From NCBI RefSeq assembly GCF_006345805.1, contig NC_043000.1, forward strand, positions 21,762,001 to 21,826,000: 64,000 bases of DNA, given 5' to 3'. The notes beneath the pieces were generated by a model, which was not told the DNA's origin, did not search any database, and was given only the letters and a program-made list of their open reading frames with translations. The position numbers and the translations under genes were made by a program. Origin of the DNA: Octopus sinensis. Taxonomy: Eukaryota. Positions 1 through 11,676 of this stretch are shown here, one piece after another. How positions within the stretch are numbered: position 1 is the stretch's first letter; every line of letters starts with the position of its first letter.

Positions 1-350
1 CCGTTGCCAGCGCTGCCCCGACTGGCCTCGTGCCGGTGGCACGTAAAAAGCACCATCCGTTCGTGTCCGTTGCCAGCCTCGCCTGGCCCCCGTGCCGGTG
101 GCACATAAAAATCACCATCCATTCGTGGCCGTTTGCCAGCTCTGTCTGGCACCTGTGCGGGTGGCACGTAAAAAGCACCCACTACACTCACGGAGTGGTT
201 GGCGTTAGGAAGGGCATCCAGCCGTAGAAACACTGCCAGATCTGACTAGGCCTGATGAAGCCTTCCGGCTTCACAGACCCCAGTTGAACCGTCCAACCCA
301 TGCTAGCATGGAAAACGGACGCTAAACGATGATGATGATGATGATGATGA
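1..350 (+). mobile_element. 3' UTR fragment of an RTE-clade LINE ('family E') with ~60-bp tandem units and a (GAT)n tail
   Basis: Repeated GGTGGCACGTAAAAGCACC units, then GGTTGGCGTTAGGAAGGGCATCCAGCCGTAGAAAC...GGACGCTAAAC(GAT)n. More than 10 related copies in the window; linked to an RTE ORF end at 47935-48125. Confidence 0.75.
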
Positions 351-596
351 AAGACAAACCTGGACATGCAAGGATCACATCTTGTTGCCACCGCAACTGC
401 TAAGCCTCATAGTCCCTGTCATTTCATACAGTCACCTCACCTGACACTTCCACCAGCTTAGAAGGCTTTGTAAATGGTCATGAGCATTTCCTTTCTTCTT
501 CATTCATCATCATTTTTAACTCGCACACACCATCCATCTTGGTTCTGTATTAGATGAGGGAGGTCTTCAGGAAGGCATCCAGTGTTTCTTCTTCAT

Positions 597-770
597 CAAC
601 CCTTTAGCATTTAAACTGGTCGTATCCAGCCCAAATATTCTTCCTGTTTAATGTTCAAACCAACCGGATCCTGCCTCTCACACCTACCATACAATGTCAT
701 TCTAAAAGTAAACCATCACACCATCAAAATATTAATGCTGTGAGATAATGCATGATTACTGCAAAGCAAT
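597..770. mobile_element. Partial piggyBac-like MITE (CCCTTTAGCATT terminus family)
   Basis: Begins AACCCTTTAGCATTT; similar to copies at 4595-4805, ~6740-6960, ~32230-32420 and 39905-40128. Confidence 0.55.
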
Positions 771-917
771 ATGTATAAATAAGCCTTACATTTGATAGAG
801 TAAAGACTAAAGACCCCCTTCGAGTATGAATGACGGTGCAATTTCAACTTTAAAGTTCCCCTCCAAGGCACAAATCCAAGCAAGATTGTGGAAGACCAGC
901 AGTCACCCATGTATACC

Positions 918-1145
918 TATTTCTTTACTACCCACAAGGGGCTAAACACAGAGAGGACAAACAAGGACCGACAAACGGATTAAGTCGATTATATTGACCC
1001 CAGTGCATAACTGGTACTTATTTAATCGACCCCAAAAGGATGAAAGGCAAAGTCAACCTCGGCGGAATTTGACTCAGAACGTAGCAGCAGACGAAATACC
1101 GCTAAGCATTTTGCCCGGCATGCTAATGTTTCTGCCTGCTCGCCG
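918..1145 (-). mobile_element. tRNA-derived SINE family A, nested in a family D SINE (~870-1260)
   Basis: Full reverse-complement match to the copy at 62614-62843. CACCCATG(T/C)ATA is duplicated on both flanks, consistent with a TSD in the host SINE. Confidence 0.85.
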
Positions 1146-1254
1146 TCTTTCACCCATGCATATCAGCCTCCCCTATCCATGCCACTGATGTTAACCAAGG
1201 GAAAGGCAAAGGCTGATACAACTTGGCATCAGTGATGCTGCAACTTGTTTCTCC

Positions 1255-2060
1255 ATCCAGGTAAAGCCAGAGGTGCCTCAGCCTTAATGCGAATTTTCGC
1301 ATCCTCAGCCAAGGCATCCTTAGCCCACCCTTTAGTGGCTTCTGGCAGCAGACAGAGCGCTTCACAAGAGGCTTTCCTCCTTTCCACAGAAAGGATTCTC
1401 TCCAACTTGTTCAGCCACAAATCAGGGCAAGGCACCACAGTCAGACGGTAGGTGATAACAGATGCTATAAACATCTGCACCACTTCTGCCTTCCCTAGCA
1501 AGGATAATGCCCATCCAGACTAAGTCTGGGTTAGAGCAGTCACCTTACTGGCTACCTCACTCCAATTTTTCTCTATCTGGAGGTCTGATCCAAACCAGAC
1601 CCCAAGCAGCTTAAGAGGTCCTTCTGTCCAATGCCCTATGACGTTATTGGACGTCATCGGCTTGCCTCTCCAGGTGCCGAGTTGCAAACCGACTGACTTG
1701 TCCTTGTTAATCTTTGCTCCTGCCACCACCTCGTAACTTTTGGTGGCCTCTTCCACCACTGGAAGCTGGCTCTCATCCACTACGATGATGGAGATGTCAT
1801 CCGCATATGCCGTAGCTCCACCCCGCACCACAGATCATTCAGTGCGCCTCCTAGTGCTTCCAACTTCTGCAGCAATAGCTCAAGAACTAGTACATTCAAA
1901 AGCGGAGTCAGGGGACATCCCTGATGCACTGAGCATTCGATCCTGAATGGTTTCAAGAAGAATCCATTTACTTTGGCTGCAGACTCAATGTCGATGTACA
2001 AAGCAGCAATCCAACTGCGGAAGTATCAATTCTGATATTCTTCAGCCTCTTAAGACTGCC
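1255..2060 (-). pseudogene. Decayed Tx1/L1-clade LINE reverse transcriptase fragment
   Basis: Frameshifted ORFs give SVHQGCPLTPLL, AYADDISIIV, GAKINKDKSVGLQLGTW and LKLLGVWFG (RT motifs). Confidence 0.85.
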
Positions 2061-2084
2061 ACCACAGCCCTCATCATCATCATC

Positions 2085-2103
2085 CTCATTATAATCATCA
2101 TCA

Positions 2104-2153
<50 letters not shown>

Positions 2154-2156
2154 GAG
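2085..2156. repeat. (ATC)n/(ATT)n microsatellite
   Basis: Direct reading; source of the poly-Ile ORF. Confidence 0.95.
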
Positions 2157-2715
2157 TGAGTGAGAGAGCAGAGCATGCCATCAAAGTAACACTGGGATAA
2201 AATATACGAAGCCCAGTATACCCATCATGACTACCCGTCTGATAAGGGTACTCTAGGCACATGCATCACGGCCATATGTGCACAACATCGTGATCTTGTA
2301 TCAAGATAAACAGCACATGACCTTGCAGGTGGGTCCCAGTTAGAATTTTCTTCAGGTTGAGTAGCCCATCCCACTCAAAAGGTCCTTGAATAAAGGTTGT
2401 TTAAAAATATTGAACAAAACACCCATGTTTTCAGAGGTGAATTATCCAAACCCCAAAGAATTCCTCTCAACACTTGGCAGTGATGCTCCCCCACTCCTGC
2501 TCATGATCAGAGATGCACATATTGTCAGCCACTAAGGAACATGCTCAACTGGTTATGGTCAAACAACTGACAAGCAAATCTTTGGTATTGAGCAGAATAT
2601 TTGCTGTAGCCCATCTTTTATACCAAGACAAAACAATGTACATGATAACACTTCCAATTAGTTAAGATCAGAAGGCATGAGAGTCACTGCCTGGTACTGC
2701 ATCAGAGTATTCAAT
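2157..2715. mobile_element. Unclassified ~560-bp interspersed repeat embedded in ATT tracts
   Basis: Complex non-coding block bounded by (ATT)n on the left and ATT/ATC repeats on the right. Repeat status is from recall of octopus sequence, not shown within this window. Confidence 0.4.
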
Positions 2716-3122
2716 ATTATTATTATCATCATCATCATAAGCACTACCTCATTGCTGAAGACTTAATATTTTGGTTTCGTAATGCGGCGAGCTGGCAGAG
2801 ATGTTAACACCCCAGGCAAAATGCTTAGCGGTGTTTCGTCTGTCTTTACATATTCCTTGCAATGTCAGCTGTGTTGTTTATAGATTATCCTTCAACTGCA
2901 GTCAGGATTTGTTAGTTTAAAACATAAGTTTATTTTTGCAGCTGGATTAAGAAGGCATTTCAAGGCCGCCTTATTACTTCTGTGCTTTATTTCTTCTTAT
3001 TCTTTGGTTTATTTCATTATATCACTGCTCTGCACTAGATAAATGAACTTTTGACTCATTCATAATTTTGCTTTATGATTTGCACATGGTTGTATTGACA
3101 CTCACTGTGGATTAAAGTAATG

Positions 3123-3750
3123 GGATCTTTTCTATTCTGAAGCCAGTTTTTTCAAATTTTTCCTACTGAACCAAACAATTTGAAACTTCGTATACTGGTA
3201 GAATGTGTCAAAAGTAAACTTAATTGTAAACCAGAATGAAAACGGAATTGTAACTTCTAAGTTTAACGTTGTTTATAATTAGAATTTTAACCAATGATAT
3301 TCCGTCATTCGGCTTTATTTTATTTACTCCGTCTCGACCACCAATTTCGTGACGTGTTAAACATCTTAAATGTAAACAAGCTATAGTCAGCCACCTTCTA
3401 ATAACAAAAGTTTGTCTTTGAAGTTACCGTCTAGGGGAAGCATTGATGTATATGTGTGTGTGTGGTGTTTGATGGGGTGTGGGAGACAGTATGTTGTGTA
3501 AGTGAAGTGCTTCTGTTAGTGTGTGTGAAGAGACAGAGAGAGTAATGTGTGAAAGAGAGAGATAACTGAAATTTTTTACTCGGTGTATGTGTATATGCCT
3601 GAATGTATGTGTGTATGTATATGTGTATGTATGTATGTATGTATGTATGGCCAATTCAATGTAATTTTTTACACATACTTACACACACACACACATACAT
3701 ACACACACACATGCAGACATACATATACACATACACCGAGTAAAAAAAAT

Positions 3751-3783
<33 letters not shown>

Positions 3784-4299
3784 AATTTATAAAAATATGG
3801 TAAAGTAAAAAAATTACTTAACCACACACCGAGCTTTTTAGAAATAGCAGCCAAAAATTTCTCAACTGCAAGAAAAAGTCTCCCAGACAATGCATACTCA
3901 GAAATAATTCACATACGTATAAGAGAAAAACAACGAAAAATCACATGGATTCTCCGATATATGTTATAAAAATATGGTAAAGTAAAAAAATTACTTTACC
4001 ACACACAAAGCTTTTTAGAAATAGCAGACGTGCTTATAAGCCGTCTTCAACTACGTCACAAAACTGCTTTCAACGTCACACTAACAGATCGCAGTAACGT
4101 TTTAGATATGAAAACAAGCAATCTCATTGGTTAAAATTCGCAGTTTTAATCTACGATTAAAGTCATAAAATAGATTTTTCTCAAATAAACTAGTTCCAAC
4201 TGGCGAATAAACTAGTTCCACTCTATGAGTACACAAAGTTTCAAATTATTTAGTTAACTAGAAAGATCTGGGGTCCTGGCCACAAATTTGAAAAGATCC
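3123..4299. mobile_element. Non-autonomous TIR DNA element, GGATCTTTTC termini, 8-bp TSD (Merlin-like, tentative)
   Basis: GGATCTTTTC at 3123 and GAAAAGATCC ending 4299; perfect TSD AAGTAATG (3115-3122, 4300-4307); internal ~64-bp direct repeat (3787-3850, 3964-4027). Confidence 0.85.
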
Positions 4300-4594
4300 A
4301 AGTAATGTATATATACTCTACATCATCTCATTGACTAGATACTTCCTATTTCTCATTACTACTCTTGGAATAATTTCATCATTGTCATCATCACCTCTTA
4401 ACTTCTGTTTTCCATGCTGGCATGGGTTGGATGATTTGATAGGAACTGGTGAGCTAGAAGACTGCTAAACTCCAGTGTCTGCTTTGGCATGGTTTCTATA
4501 GCCAGATGTTCTCTCGCACATGGCACTCCCACAAGTGAGGTCACCATGTGACTTGCAAAACAAGACCCCCACTCAGCTGATAGTGGGGGTAGTA

Positions 4595-4805
4595 TTAATT
4601 CTTTAGCATTCAGATTACTTTGTTAAATGCATTGCTTTGAATTAATCGGGTATTATCTCAAAGCTTTGAAATTTCAATGATGTGATTGTTTAGTTTTAGA
4701 ATGGCACTGTAGGATAGGTGTCAGAGGTTAGATCTGGCCAGTTTGGACATGAAATGGGTAGACTATTTAGGCCAGATGTGACCAAATTGAATGGTAAAAT
4801 GTTAA
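4595..4805. mobile_element. piggyBac-like MITE
   Basis: TTAA at both ends and a decayed CCCTTTAGCATTC / GAATGCTAAAGGG TIR. Confidence 0.6.
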
Positions 4806-5189
4806 AGGAATCAGCTTTATTCTAGGGTGATGAGAGGTTAAGATATGACTAAGGCAACAAAAACAAGTGTCTTGCAGTAGAGAGATATGGCTATCATCAT
4901 CATCATTGTTTAACGTCCATTTTCCATGCTAGCATGGGTTGGATGGTTCAACCTGGGTCTGGGAAGCCAGGAGGCTGCACCAGGCTCCAGTCTGATCTGG
5001 CAGTGTTTCCTAATGCCAACCACTCCGTGAGTGTAGTGGATGCTTTTTACATGCTACTGGCACGGGACAGAGGAGGCTGGCAACGGCCACGATCGGTTGG
5101 TGCTTTTTATGTGCCACCGGCATGGATGCCAGCATCTCAGTTGGAAAAGGAGAAAAAATGAGGAAGATGTGCTAAGGCATACTCTTAAA

Positions 5190-5770
5190 TTATTTTCTAC
5201 TCTAGGCACAAGGCCTGAAATTTTGGGGGAGGGGGCCAGTCAATTAGATTGACCCCTGTATAAAAGGATGAAAGGCAAAGTTGACCTTGGCGAAATTTGA
5301 ACTCAGAACATAAAGACAGACGAAATACTGCTAAGCAGTTCACCTGGCATGTTAATGTTTCTTATTTCTTTACTGCCCACAAGGGACTAAACATAGAGGG
5401 GACAGACAAAGGGATTAAGTCGATTACATCAGCCCCTGTGCATAACTGGTACTTAATTTATCAACCCTGAAAGGATGAAAGGCAAAGTCGACCTCGGCGG
5501 AATTTGAACTCAGAACGTAATGGCAGACAAAATACCTATTTCTTCACTACCCAGAAGGGGCTACACACAGAGTGGATAAGCAAGGACAGACAAACGGATT
5601 AGGTCAATTATATCGACCCTAGTGCGTAACTGGTACTTATTTAATCGACCTTGAAAGGATAAAAGGCAAAGTCGACCTCAGCGGAAATTGAACTCAGAAC
5701 GTAACGGCAGACGAAATACCGCTAAACATTTCACCCAGTGTGCTAACGCTTCTGCCAGCTCACCGCCTTA
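5190..5770 (-). mobile_element. Stacked family A SINEs, including a head-body-body dimer (5355-5770)
   Basis: Three body copies; junction AAATACC|TATTTC at 5536/5537. Confidence 0.85.
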
Positions 5771-6307
5771 GGCATACCCTTAAATTAGAGGAAGGTGAAT
5801 AAAGAGAAGACCAGAGAATTGGACAAGGTCAGTGAGCTGGTAAGTAAGTATGTGAGAGTGTGAAAGGAGAGCGGCTGATGGATAGAGACAGTGATAGAGA
5901 AAAATACAGTGTGAGGTGAACATGGATTCTCAGATACTTTCTTCATTTAACAGTGTTATGATTTCTTTGCCACTAACTTAATCCATTTTTTTACCAGAGC
6001 TACTTCAGTTTAGCCTTTGGTCCCGTAATTAGTTAAACCATTAAGCTTAAATTATGTTTTTCAAGAGATAAAAATTTGTTGTTTAGCTTCAAGGTAGCTC
6101 TGATCACAGGCATTCCAGCCATGACCACCCAGTCTTTTTGTACATTAGAGACAATATTGTATGATAAGATAATAAAGTATGGCTTGACTTGCCAACTTTC
6201 TGGGTGAAGGAAATAGTGGTAGCTTAGTCAACAATGTCTGTACGCACAACTAGAATTGTAGCATAATGCTGTTAGTAAAAGAGAGAGTGGAAGACAGGAG
6301 GAAGAGG

Positions 6308-6634
6308 AGACCCCCTTTGGTCATGAATGATCATGGGATTGCACCTAGAAAGTTACCCTCCGAGGCACAAGTCAGGGCAAGATTGTTTATGGAAGTCACC
6401 CATGCATACCATCCTCTCCTCACCACACCACTGATGTTATCCAAGGGAAAAGCAAAGGCTGATACAGTTTGGCACTAGTGATGTCGCAACTCATTTCTAC
6501 AGCTGAGTTAACTGGAGCAACGTAAAATAAAGTGTCTTGCTCAAGAACACAACACACAGCCCGGTCCGGGAATCGAACTTACAACCTCATGATCATAAGC
6601 TCTACGCTCGAACCACTGAGCCATGCGCCTTCAC
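6308..6634 (-). mobile_element. tRNA-derived SINE family D
   Basis: Minus strand has A box TGGCTCAGTGG and B box GTTCGATTCCC, followed by TGTGTTCTTGAGCAAGACACTT (CORE-like). Confidence 0.85.
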
Positions 6635-7216
6635 AAATGAGAGAGTAAAGCAAGAAAAAATGGAATTATTTGGTATGGGGAAGGTATGGCATCAGCCCAT
6701 TAGCAGGTCACAATTTTAAGAAGAAAAACAGCAGAATTTAACCATTTAGCATTGAAACCAACCATATCCAGCCTAGATATTTTGTCAGTTTTATGTTCAA
6801 ACTGGCCAGATCCAGCTTCTCACATCTATGCTATAATGTCACTCTTAAAATAAACAATCACATCATACGCATCTTGAAGTTATGAGATGAGGCATGATTA
6901 AATCTAAACAAAGTGAATATACAAGCATTATATTGACTGAATTCTAATGAGTTTAATGATTTTTTGCTGAGGATGACAATCAAAAAATTCTGACATATTT
7001 ATTATCATATTCTATATAATTCCATGTTTTTTGGGTTTTTTTTCTCTCATTAATTGGTACATATTCACAGTAAACAAGGGACATGAATGAAATGTTTGCT
7101 ATTTCCATTTGAGAATAGTTTTAGGGTGCTGCTCAGATAATATCGGTTAACTGTAATACACAGTTATAACAGTCAACTGGGGATCTAAACTTGATATTGA
7201 GTTACCTATTGTGTTC

Positions 7217-7620
7217 TTATTGCTTTATTGCCCACAAGGGGCTAAACATAGAGAGGACAGACAAAGGGATTAAGTCGATTGTATCGACCCCAGTGCATAA
7301 CTGGTACTTAATTTATCGACCCCGATAGGATGAAAGGCAAAGTCGACCTCAGCAGAATTTGAACTCAGAATGTAATGGCAGACAAAATACCTACTTCTTT
7401 ACTACTCACAAGGGGCTAAACACAGTGAGGACAAACAAGGACAGGCAAACGGATTAAGTCAATTATATTGACCCCAGTGTGTAACTGGTACTTAATTTAT
7501 TAACCCCAAAAGGATGAAAGGCAAAGTCGACCTTGGCAGAATTTGAACTCTGAATTTAACGGCAGACGAAATACCACTAAGCATTTCGCCCAGCGTGCTA
7601 ATGTTTCTGCCAGCTCACTG
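7217..7620 (-). mobile_element. Family A SINE dimer
   Basis: Two bodies and one head; junction AAATACC|TACTTC at 7391/7392. Confidence 0.85.
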
Positions 7621-7719
7621 CGTTTTGTGTTCTTTGTCTCTCTTTTCCCATCAGATAGTTTTCCTATATATTATTCTATGATGCACCTAGACCCATCATC
7701 AGTGAGGTTTCCTGGGGTC

Positions 7720-8010
7720 AGTAAGTGTTTCAGGTCTTTCAACATCTGACACCCTCAGCCAGGCTTGAACAAGTTCCATCTTGTGTCCAATTTGGTAGCA
7801 CTGCTCCTCCCAAGGCTTGCACCTCTGATCTACAACCTCTACAGCCCTCTGCCTATTGGCCCCTGTGTTGCCAAGGATGTTGTAAGCTCTGCAGAGGAAC
7901 TGGCATGCAAACTCTCTGCATTCCACCTTGATGGGCTCTCACCATACTTGCTACCCTTTGCTCAACATATGTCTTCCTCTTACTCCTGTTTGCCTTCTTG
8001 ATGCAGTCAT
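7720..8010 (-). pseudogene. Decayed RTE LINE fragment (endonuclease-RT linker)
   Basis: IKKANRSKRKTYVEQRVASMVRAHQGG...AYNILGNTG resembles the RTE linker region. Confidence 0.55.
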
Positions 8011-8131
8011 CTGAGGAAATGAAGAGTTCTAACAGAACCACATGCTTAGATGCTTCTGAGATCATAGAGGTTTGGTTCACACTTGGTAAGGAAAAATATT
8101 TTGAACAATAGGTGCAGGAGTAGCTGTATGG

Positions 8132-8545
8132 AGGTACAGGAGTGGCTGTGTGGTAAGTAGCTTGCTTACCAGCCACATGGTTCTGGATTCAGTCCTGCTG
8201 CATGGCACCTTGGGCAAGTGTCTTCTACTACAGCCTTAGGACAACCAAAGCCTTGTGAGTGGATTTGGTAGACGGAACTGAAAGAAACCCATCGTATAGG
8301 GTGTGTATATATATATATGTATGTGTGTGTATATATGTTAGTGTGTCTGTGTTTGTCCCCCCAACATCGCTTGACAACTGATGCTGGTGTGTTTACGTTC
8401 CCGTAACTTAGTGGTTTGGCAAGAGAGATTGATAGAATAAGTACTAGGCTTACAAAGAATAAGTCCTGGGGTTGATTTGCTCAACTAAAAGTGGTGCTCC
8501 AGCATGGCCACAGTCAAATGATTGAATCAAATAAAAGAATAATAG
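8132..8545 (+). mobile_element. tRNA-derived CORE-type SINE family B (possibly octopus OR-type)
   Basis: A box TGGCTGTGTGG, B box GATTCAGTCC, GGCACCTTGGGCAAGTGTCTT core, internal TA/TG tract, AAAAGA tail. Confidence 0.85.
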
Positions 8546-8769
8546 AGATAATATCTTTTTTAAAATATGAGCTTGTCCATAGTTGAAGTTGCTATGTAGC
8601 AGCAGTTGTTTTTCCTTTCATTTACTAATGTCAGTAGCAACATCTAAATGGTACTATGAACAATTTTACATTCAAATATTTTTATTTCTATGAAATACAG
8701 TCACATAATTAATATTGGGCAAGAGAAGGAACATTTATACTGTTACTCAACTTGCTGGAAATGACTCTT

Positions 8770-9172
8770 TTTACTCTTTTACTTGTTTCAGTCATTTGAC
8801 TGTGGTCATGCTGGAGCACCGCCTTTAGTCGAGCAAATCGACCCCAGGACTTATTCTTTGTAAGCCTAGTACTTATTCTATCAGTTCTTTTTTGCTGAAC
8901 CGCTAAGTTACGGGGATGTAAACATACCAGCATTGGTTATCAAGCGATGTTTGGGAGACAAACACAGACACACAAACATACACACACACACATATATATA
9001 GATATATATACATATATATGACAGGCTTCTTTCAGTTTCCATCACAAGGCTTTGGTCAGCCTGAGGCTATAGTAGAAGACACTTGCCCAAGGTGCCACAC
9101 AGTGGGACTGAACCTGGGACTATGTGGTTTGTAAGCAAGCTACTTACCACGCAGCCGCTCCTACACCTATAA
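8770..9172 (-). mobile_element. SINE family B
   Basis: Reverse-complement match to 8132-8545. Confidence 0.85.
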
Positions 9173-9299
9173 ACAGTCAAGTTTTTCTCAAACCACACTT
9201 TCCATCCATCCATTTTCCCTATCCACTATTCATGGGAGGGTTGTAAGGGTAAAGTCCTCAAGCGATCTTCTCCGTAGGTTCCTCTCAGAAGCAACTGCC

Positions 9300-9545
9300 A
9301 TTACACTTCCCAGCTGGATTCCCAAACATGGCAAACTGAGACTATGTATATTGCTCAACCTTGTTATTCTTGGTCCTGCAGGTTGGTTTGGCTTGAAGAA
9401 TCTGTCTTCTTGTGATCCTTTTTTGCAACATTCTAATCACATGTCCATAGTACCAGGGCTATGATCTAACGATGCAGAATTAAGGAGTCAGCCTGGAGAG
9501 ACTCCCTGGTTTCTCAGCTACACACCCTGTCGAGTAATGTTACTC
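9300..9545 (-). pseudogene. RTE ORF2 C-terminal remnant
   Basis: My translation WYYGHVIRMLQKRITRRQILQAKP resembles the RTE W.GHV.RM motif. Confidence 0.55.
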
Positions 9546-9746
9546 CAGAGATCCTTCAGAGGAACCTCATTCTAGCCGTTAGTATTTATGGTAATTGTAT
9601 CTTTTCAATTATTATCCGACATTCATGACTATAGGTGAGGATAAAAACAATAAAAGGAGATGCTGGATACTGTAGTCCAATATATGATGAGATGCTGGAA
9701 AGTTCTTGGTTTTGTGTAAAAAAAAATACAGGAGGATCAGTTAATA

Positions 9747-10168
9747 ATGATTTTCGTCCGTTCGTGTCCGTTGCCAGCCTCGGCTGGCCCCCGTGCCGGT
9801 GACACGTAAAAGCACCGTCCGTTCGTGGCCGTTTGCCAGCTCTGTCTGGCCCCGTGTCGGTGGCACGTAAAAGCACCATCCGTTCGTGTCCATTGCCAGC
9901 ATCGCCTGGCCCCGTGCCGGTGACACGTAAAAGCACCAACCGTTCGTGGCCATTCGCCAGCTCTGTCTGGCACCTGTGCAGGTGGCACGTAAAAAACACC
10001 CACTACACTCGCGGAGTGGTTGGCATTAGGAAGGGCATCCAGCCGTAGAAACACTGCCAGATCTGACTGGGCCTGACGAAGCCTTCCAGCTTCACAGACC
10101 CCAGTTGACCCGTCCAACCCATGCTAGCATGGAAAGCGGACGCTAAATGATGATGATGATGATGATGA
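9747..10168 (+). mobile_element. RTE 3' UTR fragment (family E) with four ~60-bp units in ABAB order
   Basis: Units TCCGTTCGTG...GGTG(A/G)CACGTAAAAGCACC followed by the shared tail and (GAT)n. Confidence 0.8.
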
Positions 10169-11268
10169 TTCCCCACTCAGATTCACACACTTTTCGCAAC
10201 AGTCCTTCATATTTTCTAAGCCCTGTAAAAGAACTTGGAAGTTTGGGCCTCCAGCAAGGCCTTTCACGATACCCTTTAAGCCAGGAACTTTTCAACACCC
10301 CCTCACACCTTGTTCGTGGAAAATAAAAAGGTAAGATGGTCATCATTTTGATAAAAGGTAGTCAAAATGATAAGACTGCCTTTCATCAAAGGTCTTTTCA
10401 AATAAGGATGACCTGTGGCTAAACAACACCCACACTTAATGGGAACATTTACTCAGACACTCAACTTGCTAAAAATAACAACCAAATCACTTTCGGATTA
10501 TATGAAACAAAGAATACACTGAATATAGGAAACATCAAAGCTTTGATCATAGGTCTGCTCAGTCATACTGACCTTGGGCTAAACAACAACCTATACCATA
10601 TAGTTATGAATCACTAGTTGAAAGCTTCATAGAAATTCAGAGCTGATTTGTTTTGAGTTGTTTTTGTGATTTTTAATCGTTATTAATAATCTAAACTTCT
10701 CTGACATTTAGACATTTCGCTGCAAAGATGGCTATTCTTTTCATAGCAGAAACCCCAAGATTGTGCATAATTGTTATTAAAATATACATTGTGTATATGT
10801 CAATTTCCAGCAAAGCATCAAATATACAAGGTGACTTATGACATTTTATTTGCAACTTACGTTATCAGGATGTCATCAAGCTCATTATCTACAATAAACA
10901 TGATGCCATCTTTCTTGTTGGAAGTTGAAAGTTGATCTATTTTTCTATCATCATCATCATCATCATCATCGTCATCATCATCATCATCGTCATCATCATC
11001 ATTTCAACATCCCTTTTTCCATGCTCGCATGGGTCAGATGGAATTCACTGAGGCAGATTTTCTATGGTTGGATACCTTTCTTGTTGCCGACACTCTCTTG
11101 CTTCAAAACAAGGTGTAGTTCTCCATGCCTGGACATGATTTTTGTGGAAGATTGGAAATGAACAACACTGCTTGTATGATGGTGACATTCATTTACAACC
11201 ATCACGTGATGTCAAGACAAGGAGAGGCAAACACACACACATACATGCATATATATACATACATATAT

Positions 11269-11468
11269 TATTTCTTTACTACCCACAAGGGGCTAAACAC
11301 AGAGGGGACAAACAAGGACAGACAAACGGATTAAGTCGATTACATCGACCCCGAAAGGATGAAAGGCAAAGTTGACCTCGGCGGAATTTGAACTCAGAAC
11401 GTAACGGCAGATGAAATACGGCTACGCATTTCGCCCGACATGCTAACGTTTCTGCCAGCTCGCCGCCT
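11269..11468 (-). mobile_element. Family A SINE with an internal deletion
   Basis: The segment between the two ATCGACCCC repeats is missing relative to other copies. Confidence 0.85.
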
Positions 11469-11676
11469 GTATATACATACATACATATATGCACACAGGC
11501 ACAAGGGTCTAGTCAGGGCAGAATAAAAACAACCTTTAATCTTAAGGGAAGTGACTGAGTGAGTCATTATGATCGTGTTCATGTTTCACCATTACTATGG
11601 CAACTGTTATTTCTTCTATGATAATAGAAGTGGAATTCTGGGACCCCAGTATCTCAGTGTACACTTGCTTTACATG

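Noticed and set aside
6540-6634. tRNA genes at SINE heads (also 52380-52450, 61440-61501)
   Set aside because: A/B boxes are present, but the sequence continues into SINE bodies and I could not build a full cloverleaf.
9747-10000. CRISPR-like array of semi-palindromic repeats with ~35-40-nt spacers
   Set aside because: The spacers are homologous to each other (ABAB), no cas genes are present, the context is eukaryotic, and the array is part of a dispersed LINE 3' UTR.
10861-10940. Possible minus-strand micro-exon ending AC|GTAAGT
   Set aside because: Only a donor match, with a weak acceptor, no recognisable peptide and no partner exons.
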